This document shows positions 40,978 to 50,990 of a DNA stretch of 64,000 nt, piece after piece. This DNA comes from an uncultured Ignavibacteria bacterium. GTDB taxonomy: Bacteria; Zixibacteria; MSB-5A5; UM-FILTER-46-8. Each line of letters opens with the position of its first letter. Within the stretch, counting starts at the first letter, position 1. The position numbers and the translations under genes are program-made. The notes beneath the pieces were generated by a model. It searched no databases, had not been told where the DNA came from, and saw only the letters and a program-made list of their open reading frames with translations. The stretch lies in NCBI GenBank assembly GCA_964563085.1, contig CAZLVS010000009.1, forward strand, positions 14,400 through 78,399, written 5' to 3'.

Positions 40978-43900
40978 TCACTTAACCAGCGCCATCTTGC
41001 GAGTAATTTTCTTATCACCTGCCGCTAATCTATAGAAATACAATCCGGATGAATATTCGGATGCATTCCAACTCACGGATCTGAAACCCGCCTTCTGAGG
41101 CGAATCAACTAATGTTGCTACCTTCTGTCCCATCAGATTGTAAACGGAGAGATTTACTTCGCAATTTTCCGGAAGCGTATATTCGATTGTTGTTATCGGA
41201 TTAAAGGGATTGGGGTAGTTCTGATTCAGGGAATAAGTCGAAGGTAATTCAGCCGATTCCTCATCGGCATCGAGGTAATAGTCATAATAAAGGTGTCTGC
41301 GATCCATATCATGGCCATACATCCTCCAATCCAGCCCATAGACCGCCGAATTCGCTTTGTAATCGTACACAGCAAGATTATTGGCAGCCTGCCTGAATCC
41401 AACCACGATTTCCAGGTCGCCGTCGCCGTCGATATCATCTACCGCGGGGGAGGAGGAAGTTATGGTGCCGTATGTAGGCAATGGGAAGTTCCTGACAGCG
41501 GAGCCATCGATGTTAAACGCATATATCGAACCATCGATACTGGCAACGATAATCTCCTTGGATCCATCGCCGTCTATATCCACGATAACCGGCGAAGCGC
41601 TCAATGATGATCCTACTGACACAGGCCAGTTTTCGATGTCTTCACCCTCGGAAGTTATACCGTACAATAATGCGCCGTTGGTCCCTACGAATATCTCAGG
41701 GACACCGTCAGCATCGATATCTGCCAATGCGGCATCAGCTTTGATTGCGGCGCCTAAATCCCTGGGAAAACCGTTCATAATGGAACCGTCGTGTTTGATT
41801 GCATAAAATTGATTGGATTGTGTGCCTACCATTATCTCGTCGCGATTGTCTTCGTCCAAATCGCCCATCGCCGGAGCTGCCCAGATAATATCGCCCAGAG
41901 CTGCGGGGAAACCATCAACCGCGGAACCATCGCGATTCCAGGCATGAAGATTACTATCCAGCCCCCCCGCCGCAATCTCCAGATCGTCATCGGCATCGAG
42001 ATTTCCCGCCGAAGCGCCTCCGTAAATCTTGCTTCCGGTCTCCACGGGAAAGCCGGATACTGCTGTTCCATCGACATTATAAGCGTAAACTCTGCCATCG
42101 CCGAACGCGGCAAAAACAACTTCGCTGAAATCATCGTCATCAAGGTCAACCAGCATCGGCGTGCTGTAATACTGCTGACCTTCCTGTTTCGGGAATCCCG
42201 GCATATCATTACCGTCCGTATCCTTGACATACAGGTGCCCGTTTTTAGTGCAGAATGTAGCTTGGTAACCCGCATTTCCATCCATCTGACCGATCGCCAT
42301 GCCGCCGACTATATCACCGGCGACTTCTACGGGATACCCGGGAACCGAACTTCCATCATGGTTAAGGGCGAAAATACTATCGCCGGCAGTGCCGAATACT
42401 ATTTCATTAGCATAATCACCGTCAACATCGAATAATCCGATACATCCCTCGATATTTCCGCTGGCGGTAACCGGGAAATTCTTTTGATTCAATGAAACAT
42501 CGATATAAAACGTATCGGTTACGCTATAACCGCCGTCAGCGGTAATGGTTATTTCAACCGGAATGGCATGAACCAAAGCGTCCTGTGATATATTCATGGT
42601 GAATGGATCTGAGGAATTCTCCCCCTCGCTGTCGGAGCCTATATCGCCGTAATCCGCTTCGCCGTCAATAATGGTCAAATCGGCGTCATCGGTGGAAACC
42701 GAACCATGCACGTTGGCAGCTTCCGCCCAGAAATTCCTGATAGTCACTATAACTTCCAGAGCCTCCCCCGGATTGGGAATTCCGTCCCCGTCGTCATTGG
42801 TGATAGTCTGCTCGGATGATATCGCCCTGAGGTTCGGATAAAGCTGATAAGCCAAGCCGCCGAAAGCATCCACCCTTCCGGCGCCGAGCAGTCCCACCCA
42901 ATTCGGGTTGCGCGAATAGAGAGCCACGCTATCGGCTGATTGGGTGATTATATCCCAAATATCTTGAGTGGTTCTGTTGATATCCTGAGCCTTGACCAAA
43001 GCAGCCGCTCCGGCGCAGACCGGCGATGCCATGGAAGTGCCCTGCAGGAAACTGTAGGAATCATGCGCCCAGGTGCTGTATATGTTTACGCCGGGCGAGC
43101 TTATATCTATCCAGTCACCGTAATTGGTGAAACCTGCTCGCACATCGCCATTGGCAGTTGCGGCGACACATAAGGACTTCTCATAACCGGCAGGATAATG
43201 TTCGACATCGGTATTATCATTACCGGCGGCAGCGACTACCAAACATCCATCTTCAAAGGCGCTTTCGATAATCTGTCTTTCCGCATTACTGTATATGTAG
43301 TTTCCATAACTGCAATCCACGAAATGAGCCCCTACATCCACGCAATATATAATGCAAACATTAGTAGCTATCAGTGAACCGCCGGTGCCGGCAGCTTTGG
43401 CAGCGATTATCTTGGCTGAAAATGCAGGACCCGCCCCTCCAATTTCATTGTCGGTAGCCTCGGAGGCGCATCCGGCGACATGCGTACCATGATCCGGATA
43501 TTCCTCAGCCGGATCGGCATCCCGGGCGCCCATGTCGATACCGCATACGTCATCCTCATAGCCGTTGTCATCATCATCCAACCAGTTTAAGTCTCCGCCT
43601 TCATTTTCCGGGAAATTGTCGAATATACCGTTGTTGTTCAGATCCTCGGGCGGATTGATCCACATATTCGGCTCCAGGTCGGGATGGTCATAATATACTC
43701 CGGTATCCACGATCCCGATAATAACCGTGTCCGTTTCCTCGCCCCTGACGATATCCCAGGCTTCATAAGCGCGTATATTCCCTAAGAACCATTGATTGCC
43801 GATTGATGGATCGTTCGGTTCATAGCAGGGCTGGGGAACATAATGCACTTCGGCGTATTGCAGATAGGGTTCGCCTGAAATCACGGCTGCCGCCTCCCAT

Positions 43901-44241
43901 ACATCCGAGCGGCCATCGGTGGCCAAGGAGTACATTCTATCAACAGATTCCTTCATGTGACTCGGCTTGAGTTTGCCTTTATAATATTTTTCGACCTTGA
44001 CAACTCCATACTGTTCACACAGCCGGTCTAATGAACCGTAACCGGCGCTGAATCCCGGCGTATCGAATTCCCCCGTATTCAACGGCTTTGAATCAGGCAT
44101 TATTCCTATTACGATTTTATCGGAGAGGTATTGAATACCATCCGAGGTGGTCAAAATTGTGTAGTCAGCGGCGATACCGTTATTCGCAGCCGTCATAACG
44201 GTCAAAAACGCAGCAACCATAAAAACTCTATAATTTCCCAT
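40978..44241 (-). CDS. Secreted S8 subtilisin-like peptidase with FG-GAP/VCBS repeats and T9SS-type CTD
   Basis: Catalytic VDTG, HGTHVAG, AAAGN, GTSMAS; repeated DxDGD...EI motifs; PNPFNPITTI...KMALVK. Confidence 0.92.
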   Translation of the reverse strand: MGNYRVFMVAAFLTVMTAANNGIAADYTILTTSDGIQYLSDKIVIGIMPDSKPLNTGEFDTPGFSAGYGSLDRLCEQYGVVKVEKYYKGKLKPSHMKESVDRMYSLATDGRSDVWEAAAVISGEPYLQYAEVHYVPQPCYEPNDPSIGNQWFLGNIRAYEAWDIVRGEETDTVIIGIVDTGVYYDHPDLEPNMWINPPEDLNNNGIFDNFPENEGGDLNWLDDDDNGYEDDVCGIDMGARDADPAEEYPDHGTHVAGCASEATDNEIGGAGPAFSAKIIAAKAAGTGGSLIATNVCIIYCVDVGAHFVDCSYGNYIYSNAERQIIESAFEDGCLVVAAAGNDNTDVEHYPAGYEKSLCVAATANGDVRAGFTNYGDWIDISSPGVNIYSTWAHDSYSFLQGTSMASPVCAGAAALVKAQDINRTTQDIWDIITQSADSVALYSRNPNWVGLLGAGRVDAFGGLAYQLYPNLRAISSEQTITNDDGDGIPNPGEALEVIVTIRNFWAEAANVHGSVSTDDADLTIIDGEADYGDIGSDSEGENSSDPFTMNISQDALVHAIPVEITITADGGYSVTDTFYIDVSLNQKNFPVTASGNIEGCIGLFDVDGDYANEIVFGTAGDSIFALNHDGSSVPGYPVEVAGDIVGGMAIGQMDGNAGYQATFCTKNGHLYVKDTDGNDMPGFPKQEGQQYYSTPMLVDLDDDDFSEVVFAAFGDGRVYAYNVDGTAVSGFPVETGSKIYGGASAGNLDADDDLEIAAGGLDSNLHAWNRDGSAVDGFPAALGDIIWAAPAMGDLDEDNRDEIMVGTQSNQFYAIKHDGSIMNGFPRDLGAAIKADAALADIDADGVPEIFVGTNGALLYGITSEGEDIENWPVSVGSSLSASPVIVDIDGDGSKEIIVASIDGSIYAFNIDGSAVRNFPLPTYGTITSSSPAVDDIDGDGDLEIVVGFRQAANNLAVYDYKANSAVYGLDWRMYGHDMDRRHLYYDYYLDADEESAELPSTYSLNQNYPNPFNPITTIEYTLPENCEVNLSVYNLMGQKVATLVDSPQKAGFRSVSWNASEYSSGLYFYRLAAGDKKITRKMALVK

Positions 44242-44459
44242 TACTTTCTCCTAACTAAAGCTGCAGATAGGCGAGAACTGCAAACCTGTTCAAAATTTTA
44301 CTAATTTAGTGAAATATAATAAAATAACCGGTTTAGTCAAGGGAGTAGTTCCCTCTTCTACTGGTTAGTTTGCAGTATTACAGCGGTATGCAAAAAGTTA
44401 TTTTTTCTCAGGTAAATTGACCTTATACTTAAAGGATAGATAATTATTGAGGAGTACTT

Positions 44460-45809
44460 ATGTCAGAAGGTGAAATAGTCAAAATTCTCTCGTCTAAGTT
44501 ATTAAACGGCGAAATCCCGCCGTGGAAAGTTGAATCCCTTATATCAGAGGAACATGGAATAAATGCCCCCGAAAACTTTATCCTTGCTGCTAAAGCGCGA
44601 AGAGATTTCCTCGAGAAGAGGACCGGTTTAAAGTTCGAATATCTCTCATTACCGGACAAACCGTATCTGATAAATTATGCCTGTCGAAAATGCAATATAG
44701 ATTATCAACTCGCCGCTTACGATGAGAAGACTATCTGCTCGCTATGCGGCGATATGCCGGCGGTAAAGAAACCGGAGAAAATGTTTCCGTTTACAGCTAA
44801 CTATATCGGCGGTATCGATGATTATTTCTCCTATTGCGGGATGTTCGATGTGCATGGTGATATTGAGAAGCAATTCACCGGTATTCTTCAGTACGGCACC
44901 GGATTGGGTCCGATCGGCGTAACCCGCGGCGCATTTTTTATCAATCGTTCCGGCGGCGCGGAAGTGACCGTTTCCGAGTCCGCCCGAGCCTGCCGTAATC
45001 TCGGCTACATTTTCGCTGATGAAAGTGCCAGGAAGAATGCGATGCGGATCGTGGAGGAATTTCTACCTTATGTTCGTAAGGAGATGAACGGAGTTTTGCA
45101 GAAATGGGGAGGAGAGGTTTCGTTTGTCGAATTACTTCCGGTGGAGGATATGGGCAAACTCTATTTGTTCATCGATTTTACCGCTGAGTTCAAACTCTTC
45201 CGAGGGCATGGCGCTATCAGCAAAGCGACCGGTTTTGCCAAAAAGCTCATCGATGATAAATTCCACTCTGAAGGTTTTGAGTACCAGCTCAGCGGAATTA
45301 CACAGGGCTACGATGGAGATCTCAAACCTTCACTTAGGAATAAACGCGGTCGGTACGGTTTAGCCAGAGTTTCCGTGCCCAAAAACGAAATTGAGAAACT
45401 CACCGGTAAACCGGCTCAGCATTTGATTGATTTCGTGCAGATGGATGCCAAAGGCGCCGAAAAACTGGGGTGGTTTCATCATACCGGAATGGGCGGCGAA
45501 ATAATCGCCGGTTTTTATAAAGCAACCAAAGTTAATCCTCATGCCCCGCTTGTCTCGTCAACCCAGGAGATTTTCTGCCTCCATGAAGGGAAAAACATCG
45601 TTTATGGAGTGGAGCTTCCCAACGTAGAAGTCGGAACGATATCCTCTGCAGAAGGAGCAATCCCGCCGCTGGGCAGAGAAATGATGAGGTTTATGGGGAT
45701 AACAAATGCGCGTGAATACGCCGCCTGTTTATCTGCAATCGTACTTGCGGGGGAATTCAATCTTTCGGTGGAAATAGTACGGGAAAATCTCTATAAACCT
45801 TCCCCTTAA
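44460..45809 (+). CDS. Divergent class I HMG-CoA reductase homologue lacking catalytic motifs, with Zn-ribbon insertion
   Basis: Collinear with archaeal HMGR from the N-terminus (KLLNGEI, ARRDFLEKRTG) to AVLAGE-like end (IVLAGEFNL); canonical motifs substituted; CRKC-x14-CSLC insert. Confidence 0.75.
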   Translation: MSEGEIVKILSSKLLNGEIPPWKVESLISEEHGINAPENFILAAKARRDFLEKRTGLKFEYLSLPDKPYLINYACRKCNIDYQLAAYDEKTICSLCGDMPAVKKPEKMFPFTANYIGGIDDYFSYCGMFDVHGDIEKQFTGILQYGTGLGPIGVTRGAFFINRSGGAEVTVSESARACRNLGYIFADESARKNAMRIVEEFLPYVRKEMNGVLQKWGGEVSFVELLPVEDMGKLYLFIDFTAEFKLFRGHGAISKATGFAKKLIDDKFHSEGFEYQLSGITQGYDGDLKPSLRNKRGRYGLARVSVPKNEIEKLTGKPAQHLIDFVQMDAKGAEKLGWFHHTGMGGEIIAGFYKATKVNPHAPLVSSTQEIFCLHEGKNIVYGVELPNVEVGTISSAEGAIPPLGREMMRFMGITNAREYAACLSAIVLAGEFNLSVEIVRENLYKPSP

Positions 45810-45975
45810 CAAACCGTCTTTTAAGACCGATAGAGGATTACTGCGTCGCTTTCCCGACATGAGCGGTGGAATGACTTTCAATTCCCGTGGATACTGAAGG
45901 GAGTCCTTGCGTTTAAGGCCGGGAGGATCACTTTTCTAATAACGGCGGATTTTACCCCGTCCCGCATAAATCAGA

Positions 45976-46001
45976 ACGGGCTGCCTTTTCAGACAGCCCG
46001 T
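45976..46001. terminator. Hairpin between convergent genes
   Basis: ACGGGCTG...CAGCCCGT. Confidence 0.45.
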
Positions 46002-46076
46002 CCAATTACCTGCTATTCGGCTGCAGATTATCAGTCTGTATGAATTATCCGAGTTAGACAGCTCCTATTATAGATC

Positions 46077-46796
46077 CTACGCTCCGTACTGAAGCCGCAT
46101 TGCCAGATAGTCGGGAAGTCCCGCATCATGGATTTTCTTAACAGCAGCTGCTATATCATATTCTAACCTTACATTCTCGAGCGCTCGTTCTTCAGGATAA
46201 AAAATGGAAAATGCCAATTGCGGATTTCCATCCCGAGGTTGTCCGATACTCCCCGCATTTACGATGCTCTTCGAATTATCGGGTAGGATTATCTTACCAT
46301 CACTCAGGCTTTTTTCCCCTTCGGAATAAACTCCCTGAACATGCGAATGCCCCACAAACGCTATACTTTTCTTCATTAAAGGGAAAATCCGTATTGCATC
46401 AATCCGGTTAAATATATAATCCCAACTCTCGGGAACCACGGGGGTTGCATGGCAATATACTGCGTCAAGAGTTTCAATTGTATATGGGAGTTGTCCAAGC
46501 CAGTCTTTTTGCTCTTGAGCAAGGCTGCTGCGGGAGTATTGCACGCCCGCCACAGCGTACACATTCATAAACGCTTCCTCTTGCGAATTTATCACAGAGT
46601 AATCATGATTTCCCAGACAGATCTCATCGGTTGAAGAACGTATCAGGTTCAAGCAATCTGATGGATCAGCGCCATATCCAACTATATCCCCCAGGCAAAC
46701 CAATTTCTTTTCCCCATCAGTTTGATCGTAATATCCGAGTGCGGTCTCCAGAGCTTCCAGATTCGAATGTATGTCTGAAATTACGAAAATCTTCAT
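46077..46796 (-). CDS. Calcineurin-like metallophosphoesterase (YfcE/MJ0912-like)
   Basis: SDIHSN, GDIVGYG, GNHD, HAT, GHSH, NAGSIGQPRDG. Confidence 0.9.
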   Translation of the reverse strand: MKIFVISDIHSNLEALETALGYYDQTDGEKKLVCLGDIVGYGADPSDCLNLIRSSTDEICLGNHDYSVINSQEEAFMNVYAVAGVQYSRSSLAQEQKDWLGQLPYTIETLDAVYCHATPVVPESWDYIFNRIDAIRIFPLMKKSIAFVGHSHVQGVYSEGEKSLSDGKIILPDNSKSIVNAGSIGQPRDGNPQLAFSIFYPEERALENVRLEYDIAAAVKKIHDAGLPDYLAMRLQYGA

Positions 46797-47042
46797 TTCA
46801 ACATCCTGTTTTTATAATCTACCTATTATACTTACATTATCAGAAAAACGCACTAAAAAATAGTTGTATAATCTATAAATTTATGCAATATTATATTAAC
46901 TGCAGGGCGGAATGTCACTATTGTGAGTAGTCGGAACTGCCGTGAAGTTCTTTGAAAAACTGGAGTATAGTGTTGGATACACCTTTAATGGGGTATCTTC
47001 AATCGTAATGTTAATCTCATACAAAATTAAGCGGAGGTAATC

Positions 47043-48677
47043 ATGAAGGCGGTACACAGTTATTCAATCTGTCTATTACTTTTGGGCTTAGCTGTTCTCC
47101 TGACTGGCTGCAGCGAGGATGAAATCCTAAATGGTAATGGTGATATTGATGAGGAAGCTGCACAGGAAAAAGTTGACCAGGCGGATGAGCTTCTGGGGAG
47201 CACTATGTTTACGTTAATCAACAGCGACATCGAGCAGCCGGGTGATATCGATCTTACCCAACCGTACAATCTCTATCTTGAGGCTCTGGAATTGGATCCA
47301 ACCCACTCCGGGGCTAATTTCGGCGCCGGTATGTTGGAGGTTCTTATGGTCAACCAGGATGATGAAATACAACAGGCTTTCGATGATTGGAAGAGTTTCA
47401 TTGATGCGGATGATTACTTCGTGGTGGGAGGTCCGATGACCGGTCCGCTGGAAACCGAAAAGCCGGCATTAAGAATCGATCAGGCGGTAATTCCGTTGGG
47501 AATGCCTATGCAAATTACACGAAATCTATGCCGTATGCCGAATCAGGATGAACCCACAGTAGCTGAACTGCAATCGATATTCATATCTGTTGTTAAACCC
47601 CGTATTAATAGCGCTATCACTTATCTGAGCAATGCAGCGGAAGATGAAGAATTCGTATTCACGGTAACCGGCGAGATGCAGGGGGATTATAATGAAGACC
47701 CGGTAGAGTTAGATTTAACCGAAGTGTATGCTGCGTTATCCGGTTTGAATTGCCTGAAGGCGTTACTTTACCATTTCTGCGCTTATAATCTTTCCCTCGA
47801 AGGTTACACGGATACCGATATGATACAAGCGCTATCACAGGGTTCGAATTTTGCGGCGCTCCAGGATGGTGGTCAGTCGCGCATGTCCGAAGCGTTAGCA
47901 GCCTGGAAGTCCGCGGCTTCGTACTTGAATTCCGGCATAACTTTCCTGGAAAACGAGAGCGATTATCAGGGAGATGATTTCATTAAGATTGAACCTAACG
48001 ACGGCATTACTCAGCAGGATCTGGATTCATTGAAACATTATATCCCCTTGGTGCAAAATGCGCTGAATTCATCGGAGACATTTACATTCGAGATCAATGG
48101 AGAAAATGAAGATATTCAAATCTCCTTAGCATCCTTTTTCGAATCACCTATCACGGATTTAAAGGAGCTCTTCCCTGACTACAGCGTGTCGGTGGATACC
48201 CAGATGGTCGATTGGACTGGCCATGCCAGCGGCGGGATGATCGAAGCCGATGTCGAAGTATATAGCGAAGATGTCTACTATTGGTATCGTTATGCAGTAT
48301 ATGAATATGATGGTATATGCGATACTATGATTGAATCTTCTAACATTGACGTTCCCGAGTTCGAAGAACGCTGGAATAGTATGGTGGAGTCTGTGGAGGA
48401 TGATTATTTCAATGTGCGTCTCTCTATAAACTTCATCGACACACTGTCAATCGGTACACATGTGATCTCGGCGGCTACTTCATTCTCTTATTCGACAGCG
48501 ATTATAAGCCGGTACGTACCGGTTATCACCTGGGATGCGGATAGTTTCGAGGAATGGATTTTACCGGATCCCACATTCGGAGGATTATTGCCCGGGATGA
48601 CCGATGCGAGGTTTAAGGAACTTAACGATATGTCCGCAGACAACTGGGAGAAAACACAAACCTGGCGGCTGTGGTAA
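47043..48677 (+). CDS. Acidic lipoprotein of unknown function
   Basis: GGAGGT RBS; lipobox LLTGC. Confidence 0.7.
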   Translation: MKAVHSYSICLLLLGLAVLLTGCSEDEILNGNGDIDEEAAQEKVDQADELLGSTMFTLINSDIEQPGDIDLTQPYNLYLEALELDPTHSGANFGAGMLEVLMVNQDDEIQQAFDDWKSFIDADDYFVVGGPMTGPLETEKPALRIDQAVIPLGMPMQITRNLCRMPNQDEPTVAELQSIFISVVKPRINSAITYLSNAAEDEEFVFTVTGEMQGDYNEDPVELDLTEVYAALSGLNCLKALLYHFCAYNLSLEGYTDTDMIQALSQGSNFAALQDGGQSRMSEALAAWKSAASYLNSGITFLENESDYQGDDFIKIEPNDGITQQDLDSLKHYIPLVQNALNSSETFTFEINGENEDIQISLASFFESPITDLKELFPDYSVSVDTQMVDWTGHASGGMIEADVEVYSEDVYYWYRYAVYEYDGICDTMIESSNIDVPEFEERWNSMVESVEDDYFNVRLSINFIDTLSIGTHVISAATSFSYSTAIISRYVPVITWDADSFEEWILPDPTFGGLLPGMTDARFKELNDMSADNWEKTQTWRLW

Positions 48678-48678
48678 G

Positions 48679-50142
48679 TTGTTTAAATCACTTTTTTTCT
48701 TATTGTCAATATCCTTATGTGTATTCTTGAGCGCGACGGTAGACGCTCAATGTTATGATCCCATAATGGGTTACTTATTATCTGCGGATAACGAAAGCTG
48801 GGATATCGGAGGCGATTTATCCTCGGTTGGCACAAGTAAGATGATGAGATTAGGTTCCGAGGATGCTCTCTCGGATAAATATATCTCTGCACTTGGATAT
48901 TACTCGGATTATTACCGAACGGGAGCGTTGGAGAGATCCGACGCTTCCTTTCATCGCAATTTCGAGGGGGAGATATACCTCTCCAATACCTCGCCGGTGG
49001 AATGGGAGTTTTTGCTCAGGAACAACAACGGTCATTGTCAAATCAATTTCTTAAACCACGATGACCAAATTCTTTCATTCCATGACGATAGGAAGGAAAC
49101 CGATTTCGATATCCGATTCAAACCGAGCGCATTTGTACTGGGCGCCGGGTTCACGGCCGGAAATAATCTTTCTACCGGTTTTTATTTCTCCGGCGTATGG
49201 GAACCGAGGAATTATGGGACAATTGGCGCTCTATGGCAAAGGAGATATTCCCGCCCGGATTTATCTGCCTACTGGCATGATGAACATGCGGAAATTCGTT
49301 TAATTGGTGTATCGGAAGAATCAAAGCTTTATCTTAAAACGCCTGATTTAGGTCCTTTTCACTCCCAACTGATGCTCAACCGGACGAAATGGATTCGCAA
49401 TCAGGAGAATAGAATCAATCCATCCATGGAGCCGTGGGGCGGTGGGGATCAATACCATTGGGTGCTAACATACGATAACGATATCAGCAGAATAAGTCTG
49501 GGCGCTCGTGGATTGCATATCGATTTGATGGCTTACGGGATCAAATTACCGTATCCTTTTTCCAAGATAACAGCGTTCAATGTTGACATAGACGGGCTAT
49601 TCGTATCCGGCGATTTTGACATAAGCAACAATCGATTCAAAGCGGAGTTGGAACATTTACATTGGAACGGCATGAGCCGAGGACACCTTGAATTCTGGCC
49701 ATTCACATCCGGCTTCGAAGAATTACTTGGGCTCAGGCGATATTATCATGCCGAGACAGACGGTGAGTTGTGGAGATTACATCTGGGTATAAGGCGCGCA
49801 TTTGGCAGCAGATGGAATGGCGCTTTGGGTGTTAACATTGTAGATGTTTATCCTGTGGCGCGGGTAGAGCACTGGATGCCTGAGTTTTTGCTATTCGGAA
49901 AAGCGGATGAGCAAACTCATGCTTTAAACATCCGTCGCCTATTGGCAGGTATGCTTCACCTATCTGCGAAATATCGATGGCACAACCGGGAAATTAAATA
50001 CACTTTTTCACAAGCGGTTCCGATTAAATCGTGGAAGCGCTCCGATGAAACGGTTGAAACCGTTCCGTCAGAATCGAGCGCTGCGCAAACCAGACCTTAC
50101 GGTGGGGGATTTCATAAGATAGAAATGCGTCTTTTCTTCTGA
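48679..50142 (+). CDS. Putative outer-membrane beta-barrel protein (start uncertain; ORF open from 48604)
   Basis: Signal peptide LFFLLSISLCVFLSATVDA; alternating hydrophobic strands rich in aromatic residues; C-terminal Phe. Confidence 0.6.
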   Translation: MFKSLFFLLSISLCVFLSATVDAQCYDPIMGYLLSADNESWDIGGDLSSVGTSKMMRLGSEDALSDKYISALGYYSDYYRTGALERSDASFHRNFEGEIYLSNTSPVEWEFLLRNNNGHCQINFLNHDDQILSFHDDRKETDFDIRFKPSAFVLGAGFTAGNNLSTGFYFSGVWEPRNYGTIGALWQRRYSRPDLSAYWHDEHAEIRLIGVSEESKLYLKTPDLGPFHSQLMLNRTKWIRNQENRINPSMEPWGGGDQYHWVLTYDNDISRISLGARGLHIDLMAYGIKLPYPFSKITAFNVDIDGLFVSGDFDISNNRFKAELEHLHWNGMSRGHLEFWPFTSGFEELLGLRRYYHAETDGELWRLHLGIRRAFGSRWNGALGVNIVDVYPVARVEHWMPEFLLFGKADEQTHALNIRRLLAGMLHLSAKYRWHNREIKYTFSQAVPIKSWKRSDETVETVPSESSAAQTRPYGGGFHKIEMRLFF

Positions 50143-50156
50143 TGCGTTATAAAAAA

Positions 50157-50654
50157 CTACTCTATCCCCAATCGTTTGCGCGTATATGGAATCAGTCCGC
50201 CGGCTTCGATTATACCCTGTGCCGATTCCGGCAGCGGCGGTATGGTAAACTCGCCTTTGGAAGTTGTTATAATGCCGTTAGCAAGATCAATCTTGATCTC
50301 GTCGCCGCTTTCCACAGCGTCTACCGCTTCTGCCGACGTAATTGGCGGTAATCCGAAATTCAGGCAGTTACGGAAGTAAAGCCGAGAAAATGATTTTGCG
50401 ATGATAGCTCCTACTCCGGCGTATTTCAGGCACGATGCCGCCTGCTCCCGGGATGAACCGCAGCCGAAATTCTTACCGCCGACCACCACATCGCCTTTGC
50501 TAACTTTACTTGAGAACTCAGGATCGAGATCCTCCATTGCATGTTTGGCGATCTCTTCGGGGTCGCTGACTGTGTAAGTATATTTTCCCGGGAAGATCAC
50601 ATCGGTGTTAATATCATCGCCGTATTTGAAAACTTTACCTTCTATTTTTGACAT
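50157..50654 (-). CDS. leuD: 3-isopropylmalate dehydratase/homoaconitase small subunit (copy 2)
   Basis: AAGGAG RBS; GDDINTDVIFPGKY, NFGCGSSREQA, AKSFSRLYFRN. Confidence 0.9.
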   Translation of the reverse strand: MSKIEGKVFKYGDDINTDVIFPGKYTYTVSDPEEIAKHAMEDLDPEFSSKVSKGDVVVGGKNFGCGSSREQAASCLKYAGVGAIIAKSFSRLYFRNCLNFGLPPITSAEAVDAVESGDEIKIDLANGIITTSKGEFTIPPLPESAQGIIEAGGLIPYTRKRLGIE

Positions 50655-50778
50655 TTTGGCTCCTTGGTCCGTTACATTTCGAAAGTTATCTTCACCAGTC
50701 ATTGCCCCGACTTCATTGGAAAATCGAAGCAATCCATATTCACATCGTAGATACTATGGTATAAAAGAGTAAAAAAGA

Positions 50779-50989
50779 GAAGGCTGCCATTTTAAATTAA
50801 GGAAAAAAATATTAACCACGTGGTCGCGATAGCGCCACAAATTTAATGGAGGCAGCCTTCATGAGAAAGATACAGGGTTACATACAGAAAGGCAAGCGGA
50901 TTTTTATCGGATTGGAAGCAGCCAAGCGGAATTGGAAACTATGCGTGCGCAGCGGCAAAATGACGGTGCATGAGGCAACATTGCCGGCC
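50779..50989 (+). mobile_element. IS110-family remnant: structured non-coding end plus first 43 codons of transposase
   Basis: ATG 50861 gives MRKIQGYIQKGKRIFIGLEAAKRNWKLCVRSGKMTVHEATLPA, resembling the RuvC-like N-terminus of IS110 transposases (recalled pattern); truncated by a REP cassette. Confidence 0.65.
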
Positions 50990-50990
50990 A

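Noticed and set aside
44460-45809. Calling this gene hmgA/mvaA (functional HMG-CoA reductase) or a pseudogene
   Set aside because: Catalytic Glu, Lys, Asp, His and the NADPH motifs are absent, so no gene symbol is given; but the frame is intact with conserved scaffold, so it is not called a pseudogene.
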